From assembly GCA_036172245.1 (NCBI GenBank), contig JAYWIR010000037.1:248001-312000 (forward strand): a stretch of DNA of 64,000 bases. The letters run 5' to 3'. The notes beneath the pieces are model-generated. The model had not been told where the DNA came from. It saw nothing but the letters and a program-made list of their open reading frames with translations, and searched no databases. Each line of letters begins with the position of its first letter. Position 1 is the first letter of the stretch. Positions 51,593 through 64,000 of the stretch are shown here, one piece after another. A program made the position numbers and the translations under genes. The DNA comes from Raillietiella orientalis. Taxonomy: Eukaryota.

Positions 51593-54500
51593 ATGACTCA
51601 TAACATAGCATGTCTGGACAAAGATAGCATTCATCAAGTTTGCTCAGGGCAGGTATTTGAATGCAATTAGACAATACAGTGGACTGATTCATGATAGCTC
51701 ATACATAATTTAGCTTCAGTGGTTAAAGAGCTCTTAGAAAATAGCTTGGATGCTAATGCTAGCATAATTGACATACGTTTGAAAGAATATGGATCTTTAT
51801 CGATAGAAGTCAGTGACAATGGAAGCGGAATTCATGAAGATGACTTTCAAAACTTAAGTAAATCAATACTCGCATCAATATAGTAGTATTCCTTTAACCT
51901 TAGCTTTAAAACATCATACTTCCAAATTGAGCAAATTTGATGACCTTACCAAAGTTGAAACCTTTGGATTTCGAGGTGAAGCTTTGAGTTCTCTTTGCGC
52001 TCTAAGTGAACTGCAAGTCATAACTCGACATTCTCTTACATCACAAGGAACAAAACTGGATTATGACCATGCTGGAAAACTGATAGCTTCAAAATCTTGT
52101 GCACGACAGGTATGTTACAGAAATATAAATGCTTTATGTATTGTTAATTGCATGCTGATTTATCAGCATGTTTTATGTGAATTTCATGGCTTAATGTTAC
52201 TTTTGTATCTCCGTTCTGAAAATCTTTCTAAATATATTACGTGTATTGTAAAGTGGTTTGTATGGATTGATTAAAGTGCTACTCCTGATATTAAATTGCA
52301 GTACTACTGATACTAATATCGGTGTTGTGTTAATATTTATTTTACTATCCAGGTTGGAACAACAGTGATTGTGCAGAATTTGTTTTCAACTCTTCCAGTT
52401 AGACGGAAGGAATTCCTCAAGAATAAACGCAAAGAGCTTATTCAAATGAGTCAAGTTTTGTATGGATATTGTTTGATAACCATGGGCATTAGGTATGTGA
52501 TATTGGTATATTGAATTAAAAAAGCATGATGTGTTCCATTGTTTTATTATGTGTCATCCAATGATATAATCGTATTTCTGAATCTATCATACTTCTGCAA
52601 TTGAGTTAAATTCTATGTTTTCATGTCTAACCTTCTGTATTTTGTAATCATCACTGTAATTTGGAATATCATATTTCATATTCTATCAATAAAGTTTATT
52701 CCTAGAATTCAATGTTTGAGTAAATGTGACCTTTCCTGATACTCTGTGGATACTCTACTCATACTTTACATATGCATTTTGACTTGGATACGTTTTCATT
52801 CAGTTTGCATCTTGTCAGAGTACGGTTCATTTATGCAAATTTCGTAAGGGATTTCATTTGCTCTCGATGTACATCAAAATCTTCTTTGAATATTCAAGGT
52901 ATTCACATTTCTGGATAGTGTCATGCTTAATTATGTCAAACATGTGTATGCAACATGCAATTCATTAAAATTGATTTATTACGTGGACTGATTTGATGTG
53001 TACCCAATGAAAATTCACCAACTATTTTGGTACATTCAGGAACAGTCCCCTGTACTTCATTGTTTGTATATACTTTCAGTTGTGAAATAGAACTATTTAT
53101 GTTTGCATTTATGAAAGTTACTCAATCATTGAATGAATCTGTTTTTATTGGCTTTATGTATGCTCTAAGAGAACCAAAAACTCGTTTATTTTTTCTGCTT
53201 CATATCGTGTTCTAAATATCACACTGCTAGTAAGAAGCATAATCATTTATCACATCTCATAGCATCATAAAAAATGCGAGGTAAACATGTTTTGTTGTGT
53301 TTAATTTGAATGCTGCATTATTATTAGGGTTGGAATATGCTTTCTGAAATGTTACTTTTGAAATCAGATATTTGCTTTAAGCTTAATGTGGAAATTTTTT
53401 TATTGATAACATGTAGAATTGTTAACTGGTTCTATTGTTGCAGAATTACTTGTGTTAATCAAGTGGCTAATAAAAATGTTACAATAGTATCGCTTCCCGA
53501 AACGAATTCTGTGATAGAAAATATCAGCGGACTATTTGGCAGTTCTCAGGTACGATCAAATAAACTGTTCACTTTTTTTTTTTGCAATCCAAGTCACATT
53601 TGGCCTGAGTTTTCAAAACAAAAAATTCCTGTGTTGCATAACAGCTGCATTTTATAAAAAAGAACTACGTCATGTATTAGTAGATTTTAAATGTCATGAC
53701 AAATATACAGTTTATGATTTTAAAAAGAATTGTCCATTCAGTTTCAATGAAGAACTATTAGGATACATATTTGATGTGAATCAGTATGTTGATGTAGTGG
53801 ATATTCCCGAGTATCTTTGTTTCAGGATTTTGTGATAGTTTGTGTATTGTAGTGATTGAATTTTTTTCAATTTCATTTGTTTTTTAATTATTATTGTATT
53901 TAATTTAACCAATGTTTCAGTCAACATCGCTCGTTCCTTTTGTTCATACAAAACCCACTTCATCCATTTTGGAAGAGTTCGGTATTAAAGATGAAAACAT
54001 GTCTCAGATTGACTTGATACAAATCAGTGGGTATGTCTCAGCTTGTAAACCTGGGTGTGGACGCTCAAATACTGATAGACAGTATCTCTTTATCAATGGA
54101 AGACCTTGTGATTTAGCAAAAGTAACAAATTAATGTAATCCATACGAAATTTCAAAATGATTCCCTAGGCTAGCAAAATCATAAATCAAGTATTCCATTG
54201 CTTCAATAAATATCAGTATCCATTTGTTTGTTTACATATAAATACCTGTAGGAGTGAAGTGGACATTAACATCACACCAGATAAAAGGCAGTTTATGTTA
54301 GTAAATGAAAGATATATATTAGCCATACTAAAGGTGTGTGTTAGTTAGATATTACAGAATACAGTTGTATGTTAGGCTTCTCTTTTAGCCATGTTTGAAT
54401 CTATACCAAAAAAGTTAAATGAAAGTAATTACACTCTAGACAGTGCATTCATGACAAGTATTAGTGAAAAAAATTCCGAATCGTTGAAATGTTTTGAAAC

Positions 54501-55936
54501 CCAGACCATCTCTTTAGAAAGATTCCAGTTACAAAAAGGGACACGTAAACAATCAGTGAAATCTCCAGTCTGTAACGATCATTATCATCATTCCGGAAGT
54601 TACTGTAAAGATAAAAAGTTGACTCGGGTTTCAAACTCTTCGAGATCGAATTTCCAACGTACGGTTTCGTTGAATAAAGCAGCAACTTTGTCAAAATCAT
54701 TTGAAGAATATCGTTGTAACCAAATTGAGAACATTATTAGTGGTGAAGGTATGATAGCATTCTGTGAAAAAAGCGACAGTACCAGTCAAGGGTCATTTCT
54801 GCAGACTAACACTAAGTTGTCATGTGATCTTCATGATTGGGAACATGGTGAAGATGTAGAAATTCAAAAAAGACAATCAAATCAGCTTACACAGAAAACA
54901 TTTGACCAGCTTCAACATTGTATCACGACATGGGTTGAAGAAAAACCTTATGTGCATACCAAAAGAAAAGAGAGAGTGCTCCCTTGGAATATGGCGTTTT
55001 TCCAAGCACAAAAGAAATCAGGTATTTACCTCAAAAATCGTTCACGCCATCTACGTGCGTTTTTTAGATATTCCCAAAGTTTTAAATGCTCATTCCTTCC
55101 ATGCTCGGATCGTTCCTGAAGAAAATGAAAAAGCAGAATTCGAATTGGCTAAGGAAATCCGAAAAGAAATGTTTGCCCAGGTGAGACTTGAGTGATTCAG
55201 ATACAGACATAGTGTATTTTTACAGATGGAAATAATTGGCCAATTTAATCTTGGATTCATCATTACTCAGTTTGGTTCAGATCTTTTTATTGTGGATCAG
55301 CATGCAGCAGATGAGAAATTCAATTACGAAAAACTTCAAGAAAGTTATGAGCCAAAGCGTCAGCAGTTAATTCAGTTTGTATTATTTGTACACTTCACAG
55401 CATATTAATTGAAGTACACATAGAGCACAGCCCTTGGAAATCAGTGCTGTGGATGAAGCCTTGGTGATCGAAAATTTAAGTGTCTTTGCAAAAAATGGAT
55501 TTGAGTTATCAGTGGATATGTCTGGTGAGCAAATACAATTACAATCATTCAGTAAATTGTGACTATTGTAGCACCATCCACCAAGAAAATTCATATAGTT
55601 TCCATCCCATATTCTAAGAACTCGGTGTTTAGCAAAGGCGATCTTGAAGAAATGATTTGTAAACTTCATGAAATTCCTCAAGGCAGCCCTTGTTGCCCTT
55701 CTCGAATTCAATCAATGCTTGCAAGTAGAGCATGCCGGAAATCCACCATGATAGGACAGGCTCTCTCAGTTGCAGAAATGAAGCGAATTGTTGGCAACAT
55801 GGGACAAATAGAACATCCATGGGTAAAGTGCTATCTCTGTAGAAGAATCATTTGTTTTATTACTTCTCTGTAGAATTGTCCCCATGGAAGACCCACCATA
55901 AGACATTTGATTAATTTGGATTTTTTACGTTCATGA
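51593..55936 (+). CDS. PMS2: Mismatch repair endonuclease PMS2 (MutL homolog)
   Basis: GHKL ATPase motifs ([29 protein letters not shown]), [11 protein letters not shown], the endonuclease motif [20 protein letters not shown] and WNCPHGRPT. Exons 51593-51652, 51698-51857, 51904-52109, 52353-52492, 53444-53549, 53921-54121, 54169-54333, 54376-55021, 55068-55180, 55226-55374, 55424-55524, 55572-55822, 55874-55936 (TGA). Confidence 0.97.
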
Positions 55937-58900
55937 ATGAGTTTTATTTTTATAATCTTGTAACAGATTATTATGTTTCTTGTTATAACATGATGTTTTT
56001 TTGAGGGGTTCCATATTGAAAATGAATTGATTTCGTTCATGACTTAGGTGACTTCAGAATAATGAAGTGCTTTATCTGGTTACGCACATTCTTTGTTTAA
56101 AAATAATCGAGCATTGGCAGTAAAGTTGGATGATGTATCTTACAGTTATAATTGATTAGCTATGAGAAAACAAAACTGATGTTTTCTTTCCTTTAGTGAT
56201 ATCGGATTCAAAGAGATCAATTGGGAGTATCTGGCATCACAATATTTGTAAAAGCATTTCCTTAAGAAATACATCTGTGTGTATGCGTATGTGTATTTTG
56301 TGTTCTTTTTATCATTTGATGTAAGGTTTGAATAATATGATTGGTTTTGATTTTTAGGCTTTGCACTGTATAATCTTTATGTAAAAAACAGTTCAAAGAA
56401 CATCAAATCATCTACAAGATAACAATAACATAACGATTGCTGTTGCAAGGCAACAGTGCTATTTAATTGTCATACAGCCCTAAGATAGTTTGCCTTTTCA
56501 AAAGGGAAGAAATAATGCAACCCAAGAAGGTTATCTTAATAACTAAATTTCACGCAGTTCATTGCTTGAGTGTTTGAAAGGGTTCCCGTCCCAGGTTGCC
56601 TCGCTGTTAAATGGTATTAACCCTTTTATGTCTTTTTGATGTCACGTAATGGCACTTCAGAAACTTTCCAATAGATTTTTCTAATTTTTTTCATATTAAT
56701 GCTTCGTTATTTTAAAAAAATTTTCAGTTCCATTTGCCTAATTCCTTTTGCATTAAAAAAAAAACTCTGAGACGGGTTAGGATTTTTAGAATTCCCGGAA
56801 TATCCAGCTTCGGATACATGTCCCTGGGAATTGTGGACATTTTCGCTTGTTCATAGCCTGCACTTCAAAACGTTAATTTTTTCAATTTTATGATACTTAT
56901 TTCCATTCACTGTATGAAAATAATGAGTCTTTCTTATACTTTAAGGTGACAAATTATTGTGAACTTTCAAAACTCTTCAACTGTGTTCATTGATAGGTCT
57001 CTACATTTTTATACGAATCGCTGCTCACCCAAATCAGCAAAATACCCAATTTGGGGGGGAGGGGATTGCATTAAGTTCCTTGTGATTAAATCCGGGGTCC
57101 GTTTTTTCGTTTAACAGGCCTTGGCAACCAAGGTTAGCAATAAAATGGCAAGGAATCACTGTATCAAAACTCTTTTCGGTTCGTGTCTTTTGCCTATTGT
57201 GCCTAGTTTATTCTTGAAGTCAGCAAAAGCGAATTTTATTACACTTAAGTTATAATATGACCGTAAATACTCGAAGGAATCGCAAGTTTGGAGTTCCCAC
57301 GTTTTTAGATCGATCTTCAAATCGATCCCCCCGTGCGGTGAACTTGAAAAGCGATTATGGCTTGGTCCCGCCATCATTGCCTTGCACTGATTACCACAAT
57401 TTTTTATATCTTGTTTGTTATGTCGCTCGGAACAGGTACGATTCCTTGTAAGATATTCCCTTTACATTTTCTCTGAAAAGGAAACAGACATCAAGGACTT
57501 TTGTTTTGTTTTGTTTTTTTTCCTTTTTGCTGCATAAATTACCGTAAGTGCAATTCATGCTTTAATGCATAATGGATGGTAAGATCAATAACCTGAAATG
57601 TTAATAATAAAGTTCAGTAAAGAAGCAAATTTGGAGTGTGGATCTGGATCACGCATAACAGTTATAGTATTCGATTTCAAGAAGATATTAGAGAATCAGT
57701 TCTTGGAAAGAATCCATATAATTTGTGAACTGCCCATCGCAGTCAGGCTTCCGTCTATAAGAGTTAGAAGATGGAGCTGAAAAAGTGTTTTGGCGATCAA
57801 AAACTTCACTTGACGCCTTACCTTCTGCTCCTACGTGCGAGCAATTTCTCTGAGAAGTACGACTGAAGGTTTCACATGACCTTATGGTTTCACGTAATTC
57901 GATTTCATCCTAACTTTTCCATCTAGAGCACACCAAACACGAACACTGATTTTAAAGGTTTGGAGAAATGTTCCCCCAAACCAGAGCTTCTAATTTACTG
58001 TACAATAACCATGAATCTCAAGCTGCAGAAAAAATGGAAGTGATCAAAGATTAATTGGGCAAAATTTATCCGTTAGTTTTGAGTTTTCGGGTATAATTAC
58101 TACTTGTGTTCGAATTACTTTGTGGGATTGAGGTAGCAAATGATTAGAACTGCCTATCGTGGGACGTGTACAAGAAGTCAGCGCCTACAAGCACTACGTC
58201 ATTCGGTTCCCGAATCGACGTCTGGTCGTTAATGCATTTTTTATGAATGAATGGACCGCTTCATGAATAAAGGACTTGTTTACTAATGCTGCGTTAATGA
58301 AGGAACATTAGAACTGTTCAATCACTCCTAAAAATACATATGTTTGTTTTGATAAAATATAGTCTTAAAACAAAGCAAGACGCGATTGTCTGTTCGTAAA
58401 AGAAAGCGATTTCTGGCATCCTTATTTTCATGCTGTTCCTTGGTCTAACCACTAAGTAGTGATGAAACAAACTTGAAGAACAAAAGGCAGTCTTTCCCCC
58501 TTACCTTTACATGCATTACCTTTCATTTGTATGCGGTATACCTTTTTATGTACTGAAGAATTTGACGGTAGTTTTTCTATAGATCAAATACTTTGAAATT
58601 CCGTGGACCGTTTGTGCAGATTTTCAATCGATTACAGCAATGGTTCAGGATAAGATCAAATGAAATTTCGTACTGGTGAATAGTGCGATTCTGAAACATT
58701 AGAGAAGCTAATTGCTCTAAAACAATTTTAACAAAATTAAAACGAATTTAAAAAACGAATGTAGCGGATTGTAAAGAAAAGAAAAGAAACCATACTGCGT
58801 TTTCGCCTTTCAATAAGCCATAGTGAAGTTCATGAAAGTTGCATTAGAAATTCAGAGTTTTTTTATGGCAAAAGCGCTTGGATTCTCAATTCAATAATTT

Positions 58901-59605
58901 CCTTGAAATTAAGTGCTCGTGTCAACACTTTCGAGTTCTTTTGAAAGCTATCGTCTTTTTTCCCTGTTAAAATGGCTGTTGGATCTTCGGGGATTTGAGT
59001 TGCCTTGAGATTACTTGGGAGTTGCGAGCACGACCATACGCAACAACCGTTCCAGGTATGTAAGAAGTGCAGTTGGAGTGGCACATTGTACAGTAGATAT
59101 ATGTACAAATCAGGGCATGATGATGCAGGCAGCATTGTTCCTCGAATTGAATGTCTGCTCAGGATGTTCTTTATCCACTATTATCAACTCTTTGTTCAAT
59201 TAGTCCGTTGTAACCTACGTAGTAGCCGTTAAGTTGGATTATTCTAGAATAGTTTTTAAATAGTGTGCGCCATCTGCCTCCAGCGTTTATTATCATTATT
59301 AATCATATTAATAAGCTGGCAGTAAGAGGAGCTCTTTTCAGCAAAACGTCCTCTACGTAGCATCTGGTGGAAAAGGTAACTACAACAGTTCTCTTGGAAA
59401 ACAGGATTGAAAAAAGTAATCATTAAAAATGGGGTTAGGAGCTATCCAGAATCTCAGTGTGAAGCATCATAACGATTGAAAAATCAGCAGCTTTTCCATC
59501 ATCTCCTAATTGCTGAAACATCGGGCTCGGATTAAATCAAGGCCTTGTCCAATTCCTTGAAAATTTTTTTCATGATTTCGTCTTTTGGGTCTCTCTCTCA
59601 AACAG

Positions 59606-59841
59606 AAAAATGCCAAATACTCTCTCCTTCATCGACAGATTCCCCAGCTGAAAACGGGAAAATGTTCTCGGCACCAAGCACTTTCCCACAAAACAGGTAT
59701 ATCTAAATTGATCCATCTTGAGTTGGTGAAGAAACCTCAAGAAATGCTCACAATGACGCCATGGAAAACCACGGTATCACTGATGATGTCATGCAGGGAA
59801 TCATTCAGATGTTCTTTGCCGAGCAGACCTTTGGTGAATAA
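59606..59841 (+). CDS. Candidate last two coding exons of an unknown gene
   Basis: Pyrimidine-rich acceptor ending at 59605, exon 59606-59696, 45-bp GT-AG intron, exon 59742-59841 in phase (…FPQNRNAHNDAMENHGITDDVMQGIIQMFFAEQTFGE*), followed by AATAAA at 59852. Confidence 0.4.
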
Positions 59842-60131
59842 CGCACGCTGCAATAAATAACAATCTTGTTACACACGAGGGCATGATCGTTAATGCCAAT
59901 CGTCATGTGTCTTATTTCACACAGTTGTGCAGATTTCTCCCTCGGAACTTTCGATTCAGAAGAACCCCAATGTTCAACGCTATATGAGTTTCAGCCGTGC
60001 TGAAAGGATAGAAAGGCAAATTCGCCTCTCTAATTCTTAGAGTTAACCGGGCAAATGAATACTAAATCTACAACATCTCAACTAGATAAAGTTTTGCCTT
60101 ATAAATTCTCATCTACTATCGCGTTCTTGAT

Positions 60132-60150
60132 AAAAAAAAAAAAAAAAAAA
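60132..60150. repeat. Poly(A) tract
   Basis: 19 consecutive A. Confidence 0.9.
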
Positions 60151-63100
60151 GGACTTGAAGATTTTTCCTGTGGATTTCAGCGGTAGAGAAGGAGGTGCAT
60201 GTTGCCTCTGCTTCATTCATTATCGATTCATATCCTTATTATTCATTACATCTCCCATGCATAATGTGAGATACTAGAGCAAAGGGAACGAGGACATTCG
60301 CCACTTTTGGATTCAACTTTTCTTTTTATAGGCAGATTTCATAATTTCCATGCTCATAATAAACGATCTTGCATTTTTAATCTTCCAGAATGATTACACG
60401 GACCTTGCGAGGTTATCATCACTGGCAGTAAATAAAATTCAGTCAACACAAATGAATGCAGTGAATATTTGTTTACATTTCCCCCTGATCTGTCAACTTC
60501 TGTTCCCATAAACTTTTCTGATTATCAACATTTATTTCATAAAATCTTACACGCTTCCTTTGATTACTAATAGTCTGAATACGTGCAGAATGGAAATCAA
60601 TTTCAGCTCTCAGGGACGAAGCTCGTAACGAACTTTCGGAAGATGTGCTAAGAGCGATAAGATGTTTTCAAAGTTCCCAAAGATTTTTGCCATGGGCACC
60701 CCTAACTCTTACCGAGATTTCGATGATGCAGCTTCATTGCACACATCTTGCGTTCATTCATGTGCCATTGAATTGTTCCAGGGAATGGCAAACACGTTTT
60801 CTGGTTATTAGCATTTAGGGAATGGTTGGCGGCAGTTGTAATAATAATAGAAATGATCTTTTTCTCACTTATCACGCTCTCGGTTTATTTTGATTTCTTC
60901 TGTGTGCTTCCTATGTTCATGTTGCAGGACCTTGAGATCTGGAAGTCAGTATACACTTTTTTGTTTTCATATGTTGGAGTCCATTTTGACAAGAGTTCCA
61001 ATCCAGAATTCAGAATTTGCGCCTCACTTTCCACAGATTTATTCCACAACTACTGGGTTGTTTTTTTTCTTTCGTAGATATGGAATGGCTGATTTTCTGA
61101 AATCTCGGAAAATCTGTCGTTTATTTCTGATGAAATAAACGACAGATTTAACTGGGAAGTTATAAACTGGGTCATATTTCATTCTGCAACATTGTCGGTT
61201 AATAGAACCTTTCAAAGTTAATGTCTGTCTCGGATCAGTGTCTCAGCTTTCATTTGTTTATTCGTGGGATAATTCCACCAAAGGTTCGCTAACCATTGTA
61301 TCTAATTAATAAAGTGCATTCCGGTTACACATTGAATGGCTATCGAGTGCTTGAATTGTACAAATCGAAGAGTTCTTTGCATTCGACATTTTTCGTAATA
61401 GTAAAGACGAATAATAAGGCTCTTTCTATACCGAATAACTGTCACGGAAGAATTGCAAGCAGACCTTACTGGGAGGAGCAAAAAAATAATTACAAAATTT
61501 GCAACATTATGTTTTCCATGTTTTAAGGATGTGTATGATTTGTTATGTCAACATTGGAAAAAATACGCTCTTAATGCGCACTCACAATGTATCCACTATT
61601 TTTCGTCTTTAAGCCATATTTCGTTTCTGCAGAACGAATAGGGAAGGTCTCCTGAAAGGCATGTTATCTTTCACTGGCCAAGATCACTCTTGGAAACTTG
61701 CTGAAAAGTTGCCAAAATCATCTTTCTGAATCCTATGCATACTCCTACTGCAATGCGAGAGTGCATCGCTCACGGAGTTGATCAAGGTTTCCCACCAATT
61801 CCCTAACTCATGCTTCGCAAACTTTGCTTCTAGAAAGGACTAGTTACAAGAAATGGATAAAATTGGAACTTCCTTCCATAATCCAGGAGATCAGACTCGA
61901 CTTTACTTTACTTTACTCTTTCTTCTGCCCTTAGCTTAATCTGTTTATACAAAAATGGTAAACACGCTGGCATTCTGCTTTCGTTACCCACATTTTGAGA
62001 GCTTTAAGATGTGGTGACTATTTATTCGAACGTTTCTTTTTTTTTTCCAGAAGGAATCGCCTGGGTTTTCCCAGAGCTCTGTTCCTCTTGTATTTCTTAC
62101 AGTAGTTGCATTCTGAGCACTGATTTTTCATACCTTCGGTTCAGGTCGTATTTATACGCCACATTAGTGATGCTCCTAATTAGTAATTCCAAATAAAAAT
62201 TGTAATTACGTCGGTTGCATCGATTGCATTTTTTGCGCTCCTTCTTGTTATACTTAAAATTCATTCTGCCATAACAAGAACGTAGTGGAAAAGAAGACTT
62301 GAAACTTCTGTTTCCAAACAGTCAAGTGCAAAATTTTATATAGATCCACCGTCAGCGTGAAAGAGGGATTCTTTTTAGATCCTGGGATCGGAGCGCTGAG
62401 CTCCCTTTTCAATCATTCCCGTCACCTCAAACTACCTAAAGTATCACATCAAATCCATAAGCATGTACCTTGTTTATAATGAACAACTAACCACAAATAT
62501 AGTGCCACATCGAATAGAAAGAACTCAAACCTTATTAAACAATATTTCTTTGACCCGATTTCTTTAGAGAATAACAGGGGTTTTCATTGGAAAATAACCA
62601 AGTGATGGAGAGTCTCCAAACCGTCCACCTCATCCAAGCTAGTAAAGAAAAAGAATGGAAACGTATTTGCCGATATATTTTACTTGCAAACACAATCCGT
62701 TGTTTTTTTTTTAAGTTGTTTTTTGCTTGCTATACTTCATAAACTTCTGCGTGCATTGAGGATCCTCAAGTTGAGTTTTCCTTCCATCCCCTTCATGATT
62801 TTGTTTTTGTTCTATTTGAGTCCATTCCTTATCAAATTTCATGTATGCCGCAGCTTTCCCGAGCTTTTTTGACGTGTGAAGCTGAGAACGGGGATGCTTA
62901 GGTAACAGTTCTACCTGCAAAGATTGACGTCCTCGTTGCTGAAACTTGAAGAGATGGATCCATCTTGTGCTTCCTAGTTTGTGCCGTCACATCATCATCC
63001 GTATTTGTTTGTGCGTTTCGATTTCGAAACGACACCGATCTTCCATCATCAACAACACCACCCCCGAATTTCGTGATGTTTCCTTTTGCACACATCAGCA

Positions 63101-64000
63101 GTCATCCTTGAATTCTGTCTAGCACTATTATGTGGCTGATATGATACTTTTGGCACTGTCGTGAGTCCTTTGTTTTCTTCATTGAATTAAAACTCGAACA
63201 AAATTTGAATCCTCCACTAGCAGTCTAAATGTAGAATCCTTCCCTATCAACTCCGAGACCGTTTTGAAGTGAGCATTTCCCGTTCATATCTATATTCCTT
63301 CTATCGAAAAATTCTATACTTCTCTTGAAAACTTGATCAAGGAAAAAAACTATAAACATCTTTATGCTGGCACATGTTTCGCATTTTGTCGTCCCAACAT
63401 TCTGAAGCCTTTTTTCTGGAGGAAGATGAATAAATAAAAGGCTTTCGATCGGTTCCCTGCTCAAGTTACGACTATTGGCTATCTTGAAGAAAAACTGTTT
63501 CATTTTACTTCTCAGGTATCAGCTCACGAGCTTTGGAAAAACAGATATGTCCATTATGCGATGCTTGCGTTTATTTATTTATTTTTTGGCTTTCAGCAGA
63601 TATTAAACGCTTTCTTTCTTTCTGCAATCGGAATTGGCAAACACTGCGCCTCTTTTTGCGTCACTCATCACGTGAGCGGATTTTTCCGATTGTTGTGGTT
63701 AGAGAACTTTGCTAACTTGCATTTGCTGCTTCTGTTTACCTCTTTCTGCTTGCTGTTTACAGCACCGCTTCCCGATGTTTGTTGCATTTGTTTCAATATT
63801 TTCCTTACGCCAGTGCTGGCCTTCAGTTCGCTGGATGAAAAAAATGTTTTCCTATTGAAAACAAGTTCTCTTCTCAAATCTCAAGTGGCCACGTCGTAGC
63901 TTTTCGGCTGCCATTTTTTTGAAGTCGCAGTACCAGTTTCCTTCCGGTCACTCCGGTGAGACCAGCAGCCTCTTCTGTACTTTAAGAGCTTCTGACCACA

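Noticed and set aside
56442..56454. RFX X-box-like GTTGCAAGGCAAC
   Set aside because: Imperfect match and no identified downstream ciliary gene.
58459..58556. C/D-box snoRNA candidate (GTGATGA...CTGA)
   Set aside because: No terminal stem or recognisable rRNA antisense element.
58974..59000. GCWIFGDLSC resembling a GPCR extracellular-loop motif
   Set aside because: An in-frame TAA lies just upstream with no splice acceptor in between, and there are no flanking transmembrane segments.
62711..63877. Series of short minus-strand ORFs at the window end
   Set aside because: Could not be linked into a phase-consistent model or assigned to a family.
1..64000. CRISPR arrays, rRNA, tRNA or intact autonomous transposons
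   Set aside because: No repeat-spacer array, structural RNA signature, or RT, integrase or transposase ORF was seen.

Overview
AT-rich eukaryotic (animal, probably arthropod-type invertebrate) genomic DNA with intron-containing genes. I found no prokaryotic operon, CRISPR array, rRNA or tRNA. Four conserved genes could be reconstructed by hand, exon by exon: BPTF/NURF301 (minus strand, about 5635-21054; DDT, PHD, WHIM, PHD-PHD-bromodomain), a four-finger C2H2 zinc-finger gene (plus, 25445-26604), GRWD1/Rrb1 (plus, 40541-49805) and PMS2 (plus, 51593-55936). Most introns are tiny (39-57 bp) and gene bodies are strongly CpG-depleted. Unexplained structure includes: a ~420-bp almost G-free tract inside a BPTF intron; a ~5-kb GC-rich island split by a ~17% GC spacer and a repeat/hairpin cluster; several long perfect inverted repeats; and candidate lineage-specific micro-exon genes at both ends of the window. 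All counts and gene models were made by eye and need computational confirmation. I cannot claim a new biological system from sequence alone.
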